Positions 45,929 to 54,183 of a stretch of 64,000 nucleotides of DNA are shown piece after piece; the first letter of the stretch is position 1; each line of letters opens with the position of its first letter. The notes under the pieces were generated by a model, which saw nothing but the letters and a program-made list of their open reading frames with translations, did no database searches and was not told the origin of the DNA. The position numbers and the translations under genes are program-made. Source of the DNA: an uncultured Acidobacteriota bacterium (lineage in GTDB: Bacteria > Acidobacteriota > Thermoanaerobaculia > UBA5066 > DATFVB01); the NCBI GenBank assembly GCA_963813155.1, contig CAWEYG010000003.1, forward strand, positions 704,001 to 768,000, read 5' to 3'.

Positions 45929-46285
45929 TCATACGCCGTCAGCCGGCTCGGAAAAAAGCTTCTCTTCTTCTTCGGGAGTCCACAGCGAGTCCGGTTCGAG
46001 CGGCTCGAGATCCGCGGACTCGGACGATTCCACCCATCGCACCCTTTCGGCCGCGACGGCGTAAAAGCCGCGCCGGCCATCGATTCCGATCGCGCTCGTC
46101 TCCTCGGCCCGATTCGCGAGCCCCAGCCGGCCGGCGAGCCGAAGGAGGGGCACGCGGCCGCGGGCGAGAACGAGCTGGTCGTCCTCGGTCACGCGCAGGG
46201 GAGCGACGAACGCGAGGCGCTCGACCGGGAGAAAGAAGCTGCGGCCGCCGACTTCGATCGCGACGCCCGCCCGGCCGGAGATCAA
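45929..46285 (-). CDS. CheW-like protein (divergent)
   Basis: TTGA overlap with the MCP stop. GGRSFFLPVERL, RGRVPLLRLAGRLG, FYAVAAERV resemble the CheW fold. Confidence 0.55.
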   Translation of the reverse strand: MISGRAGVAIEVGGRSFFLPVERLAFVAPLRVTEDDQLVLARGRVPLLRLAGRLGLANRAEETSAIGIDGRRGFYAVAAERVRWVESSESADLEPLEPDSLWTPEEEEKLFSEPADGV

Positions 46286-48453
46286 CTCGACGCCCCCTCC
46301 AGCCGGAAGCGCTCGATCTCCCGCTCGAGCAATCCAATCTCGGAACGAAGAACCTGGATCGCCTCGCCGACCGCCGCCGCGCTCGCGCTGTTGTCGCCGC
46401 TCTGGCGGCGGACGCCGGAAATCAGCTCGACGAGCCGGGCGGATTCCGTCTTCTGCCGTTCGGTGGAGGCGAGGACCTCGCGAATCCGCGACAGCGTGCT
46501 CTCGGCCGCCTGGGCGATCGAGTCCCCCGCGTTCTTCTGCTCCCGGACGGCGCCCTTGATGGAAGCGGAGCGCTCGCGCATCGAGACGACGGCCTGCTCG
46601 ACGTGGCGTCCGCCCGCTTTCTGCTGCGACATCGCCGAGGCGATCTGCGCAATCTGTTCGCGAACGCGGTCGATCGCCGTCGCGACCCGGTGGGAGCCCT
46701 CGCTCTGTTCGGCGGTCGCGCGGGCGATCTCCGCGGCGGACTCGCTCGCCAGGCGCGACCGGTCGAGAATTTTCGAGAGCCTCTCTCCGGCGCCCTGCGA
46801 CCGGCCGACGCCGTCCTCGACGCGGCGAACACTCTCCTTCATCGAGTCGGAGAGAGCGCCGATTTCCTGCTGGATTCCCGAAAGCAGCTGGCCGATCTCC
46901 GAAGCTCCCGCCGAGGCGCGCTGGGACAGGGCGCGAATCTCGGCCGCGACGACGCCGAATCCTTTTCCTTCTTCGCCGGACTGCGCCGCGAGAATCGCGG
47001 CGTTGAGCGCGAGCAGGTGCGTCTCGCCGGCGACTTCCTCGATCATCCCGACGATCTTCCCGATTTCGCGCGACCGCTCGCCGAGCGCGTTCATGCGCGC
47101 CGAGTCGCCTTTCACCGCGTCGCGCACGGCCGACATCGCGGACACGGTCTTCATGACCGCCCCCTGCCCTCCCTCGGCGTCGGTCGCCGCCCCTTCCGAG
47201 AGCTGCGCGCTCTTCTTCGCGCTCTCCCGGACCTGGCGGATCGACGCGTCGATTTCCGTCATCGAGGTCGCCGTCTCGGCGGCGAAAGCCGACAGCGTCT
47301 CGAGCGACGAGTCGATCGACGAGATCGACTGCGCCATCTCCACCGCCGCCGTCGACATCTCCTCGATCGAGGCGTGGAGGGCGTCCATGTGCTGCGAGAC
47401 CTCTTCGAGGGACGCCGCCATTTCGAGAATCGACGAGCCGGTCTGCTCGGCCGAAGCGGAGAGATCTTCCATCCGCTCTCCGATCCGCCGCGAGTCGGAA
47501 TCGGACTGCTCGATCGAGGCCGAGGCCTTATCGACGATCTCGTTCTGCGCCACCGCGCGGCCGGCGACCGCTTCGGTGTCGCGCTGAATTCCTTCCGCGA
47601 CCTTGCGGACGCGGCGCTGCCCTTCGCGAATCCGCACGGCGATGCCGGCCAGGCCCTCCGCCATCGAATTGAACGCGGAGGCCAGCACACCGATCTCGTT
47701 GCGTCGGGTAACCGCGATCCGGCGCGTGAGGTCGCCAGACGCCATCTTCCCGGCGGAAAACGCGATGCTTTCGAGGGGTTTGATCATGTAGCGCGCCGCG
47801 AAGACAATGATGAGGATGCCGACGGCCAGGCCGACGAGCGTCAGCGCGGCGCCCAGCCCCCACACGGTCCGGCGCATGTCCTGCCAGTCCCGGGAATTCA
47901 TGACCAGCCGAAGCGTTCCCACGATCGCCGATTTCCGGAAGTTCTCCACGTCCGCACGCGCGACGCCCGCCGTGACGATCGCGTCCTCGGAAACCCGGGC
48001 GAGCTCGGGCCGGCTCGCGACGCCGAGGCGATCGAGCGCCCTCGCGTCCGCGGGCGTGTCCGCGACCGGGGCGCCGAACGCAATCTCCCCGGCGGGCAGG
48101 GCGCGGGAGGTTCCCAGCGCCGCGGGCCGCTTCGAAGCGTCGCTCTGCGCGAGGAGCTTTCCGTCGCCGTCGAGGAATTCGACGTAGTCGACCGAGCGGT
48201 TGAGAAGCAGGGACTGGGCGATGTCGCGGAGGTTCGCCTCCAGGCGGAAGTCCACGTAGTAGCCGCTCCCCGCGGCGATCGTCTTCGACAGCGACGTTCC
48301 TTCCCGCTTGAGGCGCTCGAAGAACGTCTTCCGGGCGATCAGCGTAAACAGAATCAGGTACGCCGCCGCGGTGCCGACGAGAAGTGCGATCACGACCGAC
48401 ACGAGCTGGGCGATCAGCGAGGCGTTCCGGCTGCGGGACATCATCTGACTCAT
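46282..48453 (-). CDS. Methyl-accepting chemotaxis protein
   Basis: Two TMs, HAMP (GDLTRRI..RNEIGVLASAFNSM), hairpin tip VAGETHLLALNAAILAAQSGEEGKGFGVVAAEIRALS. Confidence 0.93.
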   Translation of the reverse strand: MSQMMSRSRNASLIAQLVSVVIALLVGTAAAYLILFTLIARKTFFERLKREGTSLSKTIAAGSGYYVDFRLEANLRDIAQSLLLNRSVDYVEFLDGDGKLLAQSDASKRPAALGTSRALPAGEIAFGAPVADTPADARALDRLGVASRPELARVSEDAIVTAGVARADVENFRKSAIVGTLRLVMNSRDWQDMRRTVWGLGAALTLVGLAVGILIIVFAARYMIKPLESIAFSAGKMASGDLTRRIAVTRRNEIGVLASAFNSMAEGLAGIAVRIREGQRRVRKVAEGIQRDTEAVAGRAVAQNEIVDKASASIEQSDSDSRRIGERMEDLSASAEQTGSSILEMAASLEEVSQHMDALHASIEEMSTAAVEMAQSISSIDSSLETLSAFAAETATSMTEIDASIRQVRESAKKSAQLSEGAATDAEGGQGAVMKTVSAMSAVRDAVKGDSARMNALGERSREIGKIVGMIEEVAGETHLLALNAAILAAQSGEEGKGFGVVAAEIRALSQRASAGASEIGQLLSGIQQEIGALSDSMKESVRRVEDGVGRSQGAGERLSKILDRSRLASESAAEIARATAEQSEGSHRVATAIDRVREQIAQIASAMSQQKAGGRHVEQAVVSMRERSASIKGAVREQKNAGDSIAQAAESTLSRIREVLASTERQKTESARLVELISGVRRQSGDNSASAAAVGEAIQVLRSEIGLLEREIERFRLEGASS

Positions 48454-49475
48454 CCTGGACTTGAGGAAAAGGATATCAGATCTCCGAATCGCAGCCCGTC
48501 GTTTTCGGGCGACGCTTCGAAGATCGCCCCGCCCGCGAGCCCGCGAAGGGCGTCGACGACGGCCTCCCTCCGCGGCGCCGGGGTCAGGATCGCAAGGACG
48601 CCGCCGCCTCCCGCTCCGCACGCCTTCGCGCCCCAGGCGCCCGCCGCCCGGCTCCGCCGGTCGGCCTCGTCGAGGAGATCGGTCGACGCGCGCTTCGACA
48701 GCCGCTTGCGAAACGCCCACTCTTCTCCCATCGCGAGTCCCATCGCTTCGAAGTCGAGGCCATGAGACGCCCGGGCCAGCGCGAGCGCGCAGTCCCGGAT
48801 GCCGTCGAGCGCGTCGCGCACGCTCGCGTCTCCGTCGATTCGGGCCTTGTAGATCTCCCAGTTGTTCAGGCCCGAAGAATGCGAGGTCCCCGAGTCGAAG
48901 AGCACGAGATGCCTCGAGAAATCCTCCGCGGGCACCGCCCGGGTCTCGATGACCGCGCCGCCGATCCCGAAGGAAATCACGTTCAGGCCGCCGCGAAGCG
49001 CGGATTCGTAGTCCTGCGTGCCCGCCGGCGCCCCGAGAACGCGGGTCTCGACGTCGCGGCAGATTTCGCAGATCCGCTCAGCCGGCAGCTCGGTCTCGGA
49101 AAAACGCGCGAGGGCGGCGACGATGGCGACGAGCAGCGCCGACGATCCGCCGAGGCCGGACCCGAACGGCACCGCCGACGAGGTCTCGATGCGCAGCCCG
49201 TTCTCGAGACCGAGGGCGAGGGCCGCCCCCGAGGCGATCGAGGCCTCGCGGCTCTGCCCGGCCGAGCGCACGGTCTCGTACCGCCGTTCGAACCGGAGGT
49301 CCTGCGAAACGAGCTCGAATCCGGAGCCGATCGCGGACACCGCCGCGCGCGCCCGGCGATCGATCGCAAGGTTCACGGTCTTCGAGTTTTCGTGGAGGAG
49401 ATAGAGAGGCCACAGATCGAGGGTGCCGCCGGCCAGGTCCACGCGGGCCGGGGCGGACGCGGAAACGCCGGTCAG
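48450..49475 (-). CDS. GHMP kinase (HddA/sugar-phosphate kinase-like)
   Basis: SAPARVDLAGGTLD, PFGSGLGGSS, GTQDY, AKACGAGGGG. Start probably CTG at 49475. Confidence 0.88.
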   Translation of the reverse strand: MTGVSASAPARVDLAGGTLDLWPLYLLHENSKTVNLAIDRRARAAVSAIGSGFELVSQDLRFERRYETVRSAGQSREASIASGAALALGLENGLRIETSSAVPFGSGLGGSSALLVAIVAALARFSETELPAERICEICRDVETRVLGAPAGTQDYESALRGGLNVISFGIGGAVIETRAVPAEDFSRHLVLFDSGTSHSSGLNNWEIYKARIDGDASVRDALDGIRDCALALARASHGLDFEAMGLAMGEEWAFRKRLSKRASTDLLDEADRRSRAAGAWGAKACGAGGGGVLAILTPAPRREAVVDALRGLAGGAIFEASPENDGLRFGDLISFSSSPG

Positions 49476-50056
49476 CGAATGCTCTCGGCCGCGACGACGT
49501 GGCTCGCCGGGAAGTACCGCCCGGCCATCGCGACCTCGCCGGTCGGGTACGATTCCGGGCACGCCTCGCGGTTGAGCAGGATCCAGACTTCTCCGTCGTC
49601 GGAACGGAACGCCGCAAGATGCGGATTCGACCCGGCGGGCGCCGCGGCGATCTCGGCCTTTCCCTTCAGAGCGCAGCGCAGGCAGAAGATCCGGCCGCGC
49701 AGCACGCGCTCCACCGGCTTCTCCTTCAGAGCGTCCCTTTCGACGGGAGATCGCGAGATCGAATCCGCGACGACGGGAATCACGAGGAGACAGAGGGCCG
49801 CGGCGGCGACGGCCGGCCGCCACGCTCGCCTTCTCGAAGGCAGCCGCATGCGGGCGATCCGGCGCCGAAGGTCGGCGGGAGCCGGCTGCCGCGGCGAGCG
49901 GTCCTTCAGGATCGCGCGGACGCGGCGAAAGGAGTCCAGACGAACGGCGCACCGCTCGCACCTCGAAAGGTGCAGCGCGACCTGACGGCGGTCGCCCTCG
50001 GCGAGCTCCCCGTCGAGGTAGGCATTCAGGAAAAATCTGGTTCTGGCGCAGTCCAT
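49472..50056 (-). CDS. Zinc-binding (ZAS/zf-HC2) membrane-anchored anti-sigma factor
   Basis: MDC...AYLDGEL...HLSRCERC (HxxxCxxC), one TM, C-terminal domain with CLRC. Confidence 0.85.
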   Translation of the reverse strand: MDCARTRFFLNAYLDGELAEGDRRQVALHLSRCERCAVRLDSFRRVRAILKDRSPRQPAPADLRRRIARMRLPSRRRAWRPAVAAAALCLLVIPVVADSISRSPVERDALKEKPVERVLRGRIFCLRCALKGKAEIAAAPAGSNPHLAAFRSDDGEVWILLNREACPESYPTGEVAMAGRYFPASHVVAAESIR

Positions 50057-50101
50057 AAGTGAAAATCTCGCGACGTCACCGACGCGATATTCTCCCTTAA
50101 G

Positions 50102-50127
50102 AACGGATAAATTTCGATCCCTATTCC
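50102..50127 (-). promoter_or_regulatory. ECF (SigR/SigH-type) promoter upstream of the anti-sigma gene
   Basis: Minus strand GGAAT-N18-GTT (GGAATagggatcgaaatttatcCGTT). Confidence 0.6.
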
Positions 50128-50148
50128 GGGGAACCGCCCGGGAGCCCT

Positions 50149-50799
50149 TTATTTCGAGGCTTTGAGGCGGGTTCGGGCCGGGGCTCCGCCCCGGAGGTAG
50201 CCGTGGGACTTCGCGTACCGCATGAGCGCCTTCTCGAGCAGCTTCCGGCCGCGGTAGAGACGCGACATGACCGTTCCCACCGGGCAATCGAGGATCTCGG
50301 CGATCTCCTTGTACGAGAAGTCCTCCAGATCGGCCAGGAGAACGACCATCCGGTAGTCCGTCGGGAGCGACTCGAGCGCCTTTTTGACGCCCTCGTCCAT
50401 GATGCTCGACAGGTACTGGGTCTCCGGGTCGAGCGGCACGTCGTCCGGGTCGTGGCGAACGATCCGCTCGAACGACTCCTCGATCTCGGAAAACTCGACG
50501 CTCTTGGGCTCCAGCTTTTTCTTACGGTAGTTGTTGATGAACGTGTTCTTCAAGATCTTGAAGAGCCAGGCCTTGAGGTTCGTTCCCTCTTCGAACTTGT
50601 CGTAGTACTTGTAGGCCTTGAAGAACGTCTCCTGGACGAGGTCTTCCGCGTCCTGGGAGTTTCCGGTCATCCGGTAGGCCGTGTTGTAGAGCGAGTCCAC
50701 GTACGGCATCGTTTTCGAGTCGAAATCCCACGCCGTGACTCCCTGGGGTCCCATCGGGGCGGTGGATTCAGTTGCAAGCTTCAGCACGTCTTCCTCCAA
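50149..50799 (-). CDS. ECF sigma factor (SigR/SigH-like)
   Basis: LYNTAYRMTGNSQDAEDLVQET, GTNLKAWLFKILKNTFINNYRK, FSYKEIAEILDCPVGTVMSRLYRGR. Alternative ATG start at 50754. Confidence 0.93.
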   Translation of the reverse strand: MEEDVLKLATESTAPMGPQGVTAWDFDSKTMPYVDSLYNTAYRMTGNSQDAEDLVQETFFKAYKYYDKFEEGTNLKAWLFKILKNTFINNYRKKKLEPKSVEFSEIEESFERIVRHDPDDVPLDPETQYLSSIMDEGVKKALESLPTDYRMVVLLADLEDFSYKEIAEILDCPVGTVMSRLYRGRKLLEKALMRYAKSHGYLRGGAPARTRLKASK

Positions 50800-50906
50800 A
50801 TCTGGAATAAATCGGTTGCAATTCCCCTGCCGGGCCCGCTCCGAGCCTTCCGACTTCGGCCTTCGAGCAGTTTCAGGGACTTACCGGAACCCCGGCTCAT
50901 CCCTGT

Positions 50907-50934
50907 TTACGAAGGGGCGTAGAAAAACGTTTCG
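50907..50934 (-). promoter_or_regulatory. Candidate ECF-type promoter upstream of the sigma gene
   Basis: Minus strand CGAAAC-N17-CGTAA. Confidence 0.35.
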
Positions 50935-50963
50935 GAGAATGTCAAAGTGGACGTGCTGCCCTG

Positions 50964-50996
50964 AAAAAAGGACGCCCCCGCCGGGCGGCGGGGGCG
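50964..50996 (-). terminator. Rho-independent terminator after atpE
   Basis: 10-bp GC stem CGCCCCCGCC/GGCGGGGGCG with a 4-nt loop, followed by TCC-T6 on the minus strand. Confidence 0.8.
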
Positions 50997-51025
50997 CGAT
51001 ACAACGAAGTGCGGAACGGGAAGCC

Positions 51026-51343
51026 TTACGCCCCTTTGATCGCGAACGCGATCACGAGCGCGTAGATGACGAGCGACTCGATGAGCGCGAGGCCCAGAAT
51101 CGCCATCACGCGGATCGGCCCGGCCGCGCCGGGATTCCTCGCCATGCCCTCGCAGGCCGCCGCCGTCGCCTTGCCCTGCGCGAACGCGCCGCCGAACGCC
51201 GAGATCGCGATCGCAAACGCCGCGCCGATGACGCCCCATTTGACGCCGCCGGTCGCGCCCGCCGCCGCGGTCTCCTGGGCGAACGCCGGCATCGCCATCA
51301 ACGCCGTCGCCGCCAACCCCATGAACATTCCCTTTTTCGACAT
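51026..51343 (-). CDS. atpE: ATP synthase Fo subunit c
   Basis: ARNP loop, [11 protein letters not shown] with the essential Glu, N-terminal extension. Confidence 0.95.
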   Translation of the reverse strand: MSKKGMFMGLAATALMAMPAFAQETAAAGATGGVKWGVIGAAFAIAISAFGGAFAQGKATAAACEGMARNPGAAGPIRVMAILGLALIESLVIYALVIAFAIKGA

Positions 51344-51386
51344 CAGACGAAACTCCTTTCAAAACCTCTCAATGTTCTTCGTGAAC

Positions 51387-52145
51387 TCAGTGTTCTTCGT
51401 GCCCCACCGCTCCCGCGATGTAGATCGTCGACAGAATCACGAAAATGAACGCCTGCAGAAGCGCGCCGATGAGCCCGAGGGCCATCATCGGCCACGGAAC
51501 CAGGATCGGCGCCATCGTGAAGAAGACTCCCGTCGCGATGTGCTCGCCGCCGATGTTGCCGACGAGACGCAGCGACAGGGAGAGGATGCGCGCGAACACG
51601 CTGATGATCTCGATCAGGAACATCAGCGGCGCCAGCACGAGCATCGGCCCCATGAAATGCTTCAGGTATCCGAAGAGCCCGTGCTCCCGAATTCCATGGA
51701 AATTGAAATAAACAAATGACGTGATAGCGAGCGCGATCGTCGTCTGGAACGAAGCCGTCGGCGGGGAGAGGAAGAAGAAGAGGCCCATGAGATTGGAGAG
51801 AAGGATGAAGTACGCGAAAGCGCCGAGCAGCGGAAGGTACTTCTTTCCCGCGCCGTGCCCGACGACGTCGTCGATGAGGTCCCTCACGGCGAGAACGATC
51901 ATCTCGTTCAAGTTCTGGAACCAGTTCGGGCTGCGCTTGCGGTACTTGCGGCTCGCGATCGGAAGCACGACCGCGAGAAGAACGAGCAGCAGGAGCGCCA
52001 TGATCACGTTGTCCTGCAGCCAGATCCCCGGCCCGTCCGGAAAGAGGTAGCCACGGAGCCCCGGGGAAAGCCGCGCAAGCGGAGGCGGACCGAACAGCGC
52101 GGTCAGCAGCCGGTTGATCGGCCCGTAGAGAAACGAGTGTTCCAT
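51387..52145 (-). CDS. atpB: ATP synthase Fo subunit a
   Basis: NLMGL, PPTA, EIISVFARILSLSLRLVGNIGGEH, LQAFIFVILSTIYI. Confidence 0.95.
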   Translation of the reverse strand: MEHSFLYGPINRLLTALFGPPPLARLSPGLRGYLFPDGPGIWLQDNVIMALLLLVLLAVVLPIASRKYRKRSPNWFQNLNEMIVLAVRDLIDDVVGHGAGKKYLPLLGAFAYFILLSNLMGLFFFLSPPTASFQTTIALAITSFVYFNFHGIREHGLFGYLKHFMGPMLVLAPLMFLIEIISVFARILSLSLRLVGNIGGEHIATGVFFTMAPILVPWPMMALGLIGALLQAFIFVILSTIYIAGAVGHEEH

Positions 52146-52167
52146 TCCCGCCGTTCTCCTTCCGTCC

Positions 52168-52542
52168 CTATTTCCAGCCCCCGAGGGCGCCCCGCCAGGC
52201 TATCGCGACCACGATGACCGAGAGTCCCGCGAGCCCCGCAACGAGATCGAAGGCCTTCCATCTCAGCACCGCCGTGAGCAGCAGAAGGATCAACAGAAAA
52301 CCCGCTGCCGGAATCGCGACGTCGGTGAATCGCATACCGGTTCTGGGGGTGAGGACCCTTCCCATCACCTTTTCCAGAACGAAAAAGTTGAATATAGCGA
52401 TGGCCGCCCCGATCGTCAAGGACAGGCCGGCGCGGGTCCCGAAGAGCGCGAACGTCGCCGCGGAGGCTGCCGCGGCGAGCAGGAACGCGGTCTTTCGGAC
52501 GCCGAGGAGGAGCCGCTCGGAAGGGTCAATCGGACTTGTCAT
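52168..52542 (-). CDS. atpI: ATP synthase protein I (4 TM)
   Basis: Four hydrophobic segments, GAAIAIFNF, immediately upstream of atpB. Confidence 0.7.
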   Translation of the reverse strand: MTSPIDPSERLLLGVRKTAFLLAAAASAATFALFGTRAGLSLTIGAAIAIFNFFVLEKVMGRVLTPRTGMRFTDVAIPAAGFLLILLLLTAVLRWKAFDLVAGLAGLSVIVVAIAWRGALGGWK

Positions 52543-52747
52543 CGTTCGATGCGCGGCCCGCGATCCAGTACAGGTTGACGAATGCCGCCGCGCTCCCGAG
52601 GAGGCCTCCCCCGTACGAGAGGGCACGTCCGGTATGGAACAGCGAATCGAGCCAGTGCCCCAGGAAATACCCGGCGAGCGTGCAGGCGGGAAAGGTCAGG
52701 CCGAGCGCCGCGGCGTCCGCGGCCGTGCGCAGGCGCGAACGGCTCAA
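52526..52747 (-). CDS. AtpZ/AtpI family protein
   Basis: TTG start overlapping the nuoN stop. GYFLGHWLDSLFHT...GLLG pattern. Confidence 0.75.
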   Translation of the reverse strand: MSRSRLRTAADAAALGLTFPACTLAGYFLGHWLDSLFHTGRALSYGGGLLGSAAAFVNLYWIAGRASNDDKSD

Positions 52748-54183
52748 AGCAGGCAGCGGCGAACGACGGACAGGAACGGCTGCGGGGCGAGACCGATCAC
52801 CATCGTCGCGATCGCGCACGCCGAGACCGTCACGGTCAGCCCGATCGAGCCCTTCAGCGGCGCCCCCTCGCCCTCGGACAGGTACATCGCCGTCACGATG
52901 CGGAAGTAGTAGAAGAGCGAGACCGCCGAAGCGAGCACGGCGAGCACGGCGAGGCCCGGATATCCGGCTCGGATCGCAACCGCGAACAGGTAGTACTTTC
53001 CGATGAACCCCGCGGTCGTCGGGATGCCGGCAAGCGAGAGGAGAAAGATCAGCATCACGGCGGCGATCAGCGGGTTCCGGCGCGAGAGGCCTTTCCAGTC
53101 GTCGATCGATTCGCCTGCGTACCCCTTCGATTCCAGGAAAATCACGAGGGCGAAAGCTCCGAAGTTCATGAACGTGTATGCGAGCAGGTAGATTTCGATC
53201 GCCTCGATCCCGCCCTGCGAGAACCCGAGCACGCCGAGCAGGGCGTATCCCGCGTTCGCGATCGACGAGTACGCGAGCAGCCGCTTGACGTTCGTCTGCA
53301 GCAGCGCCGCGACGTTCCCGACGACGAGCGTGAGCGCGGCCGCGATCGCGACGATCAGCTTCCAGTCAGCCGCAAAATGCGGGAGAGCGACGTAGAAGAT
53401 GCGCGCGAGAATCGCATAGGAGCCCGCCTTCGGCCCCACGGAGAAGAACGCCGCGATCGGCGTCGGCGCCCCCTCGTAGACGTCCGGGGCCCAGACGTGA
53501 AACGGGACGGCCGCGATCTTGAACAGGATCCCGAAGAGAAGAAGGAGAGCTCCGATCGTCGCGATCCGGCTCGGAGCGAGCGTCTGAAACGACGCCGCCA
53601 GCTCCGGCAGCCCGAGCTTCCCCGAAAATCCGTACAGCAGGGAGATCCCGTAGAGAAGCACGCCCGACGAAAACGCGCCGAGGATGAAATATTTCGTCGC
53701 CGCCTCGATCGACTTCACCTGTTCCTTGAAATAGCCGGCGAGCACGTAGGAGGACAGCGCCATGAGCTCGAGCGAAACGTAGATCGACGCGAGATTGTCG
53801 CCCGATGCCATGAACATCGTACCGAGCGTCGCGAAAAGAACGAGGCCGTAGTACTCCCCCGCGGGATACGGCGCGTCTCCGACGAAGCGAATCGACGCAA
53901 GGACGGTCAGCGCCGCCGAGCCGAGCACGAGAAACTTGAAATAGATTGAAAAGTTGTCGACCACGAACATACCGGAGAGGATCGGAACTCCGCGGCCGGG
54001 CACCCTCAGCAGGATGCCGAGCAGGAGCGCGGCGGCCCCGGCGATTCCTGCGAGCGCGACGCCCGCGAGGATCTTCTCGCGCTTCTTCGAAGTGACGACG
54101 GCGAGGCAGAGGATGAGCGCCGCGACGCCGCAGAGGAAAAGCTCCGGCGAAAGGAGCAGCCACTCGATCGGGCGGATCTTCAT
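52744..54183 (-). CDS. nuoN: NADH-quinone oxidoreductase subunit N
   Basis: EAATKYF, FKIAAVPFHVWAPDVYEGAP, KRLLAYSSIA, LSLAGIP..GFIGK. Confidence 0.95.
   Translation of the reverse strand: MKIRPIEWLLLSPELFLCGVAALILCLAVVTSKKREKILAGVALAGIAGAAALLLGILLRVPGRGVPILSGMFVVDNFSIYFKFLVLGSAALTVLASIRFVGDAPYPAGEYYGLVLFATLGTMFMASGDNLASIYVSLELMALSSYVLAGYFKEQVKSIEAATKYFILGAFSSGVLLYGISLLYGFSGKLGLPELAASFQTLAPSRIATIGALLLLFGILFKIAAVPFHVWAPDVYEGAPTPIAAFFSVGPKAGSYAILARIFYVALPHFAADWKLIVAIAAALTLVVGNVAALLQTNVKRLLAYSSIANAGYALLGVLGFSQGGIEAIEIYLLAYTFMNFGAFALVIFLESKGYAGESIDDWKGLSRRNPLIAAVMLIFLLSLAGIPTTAGFIGKYYLFAVAIRAGYPGLAVLAVLASAVSLFYYFRIVTAMYLSEGEGAPLKGSIGLTVTVSACAIATMVIGLAPQPFLSVVRRCLL

Noticed and set aside
50915-50945. 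sigma70 promoter from the TTGACA upstream of the ECF gene
   Set aside because: No credible -10 box at 16-18 nt spacing (TACGCC at best).
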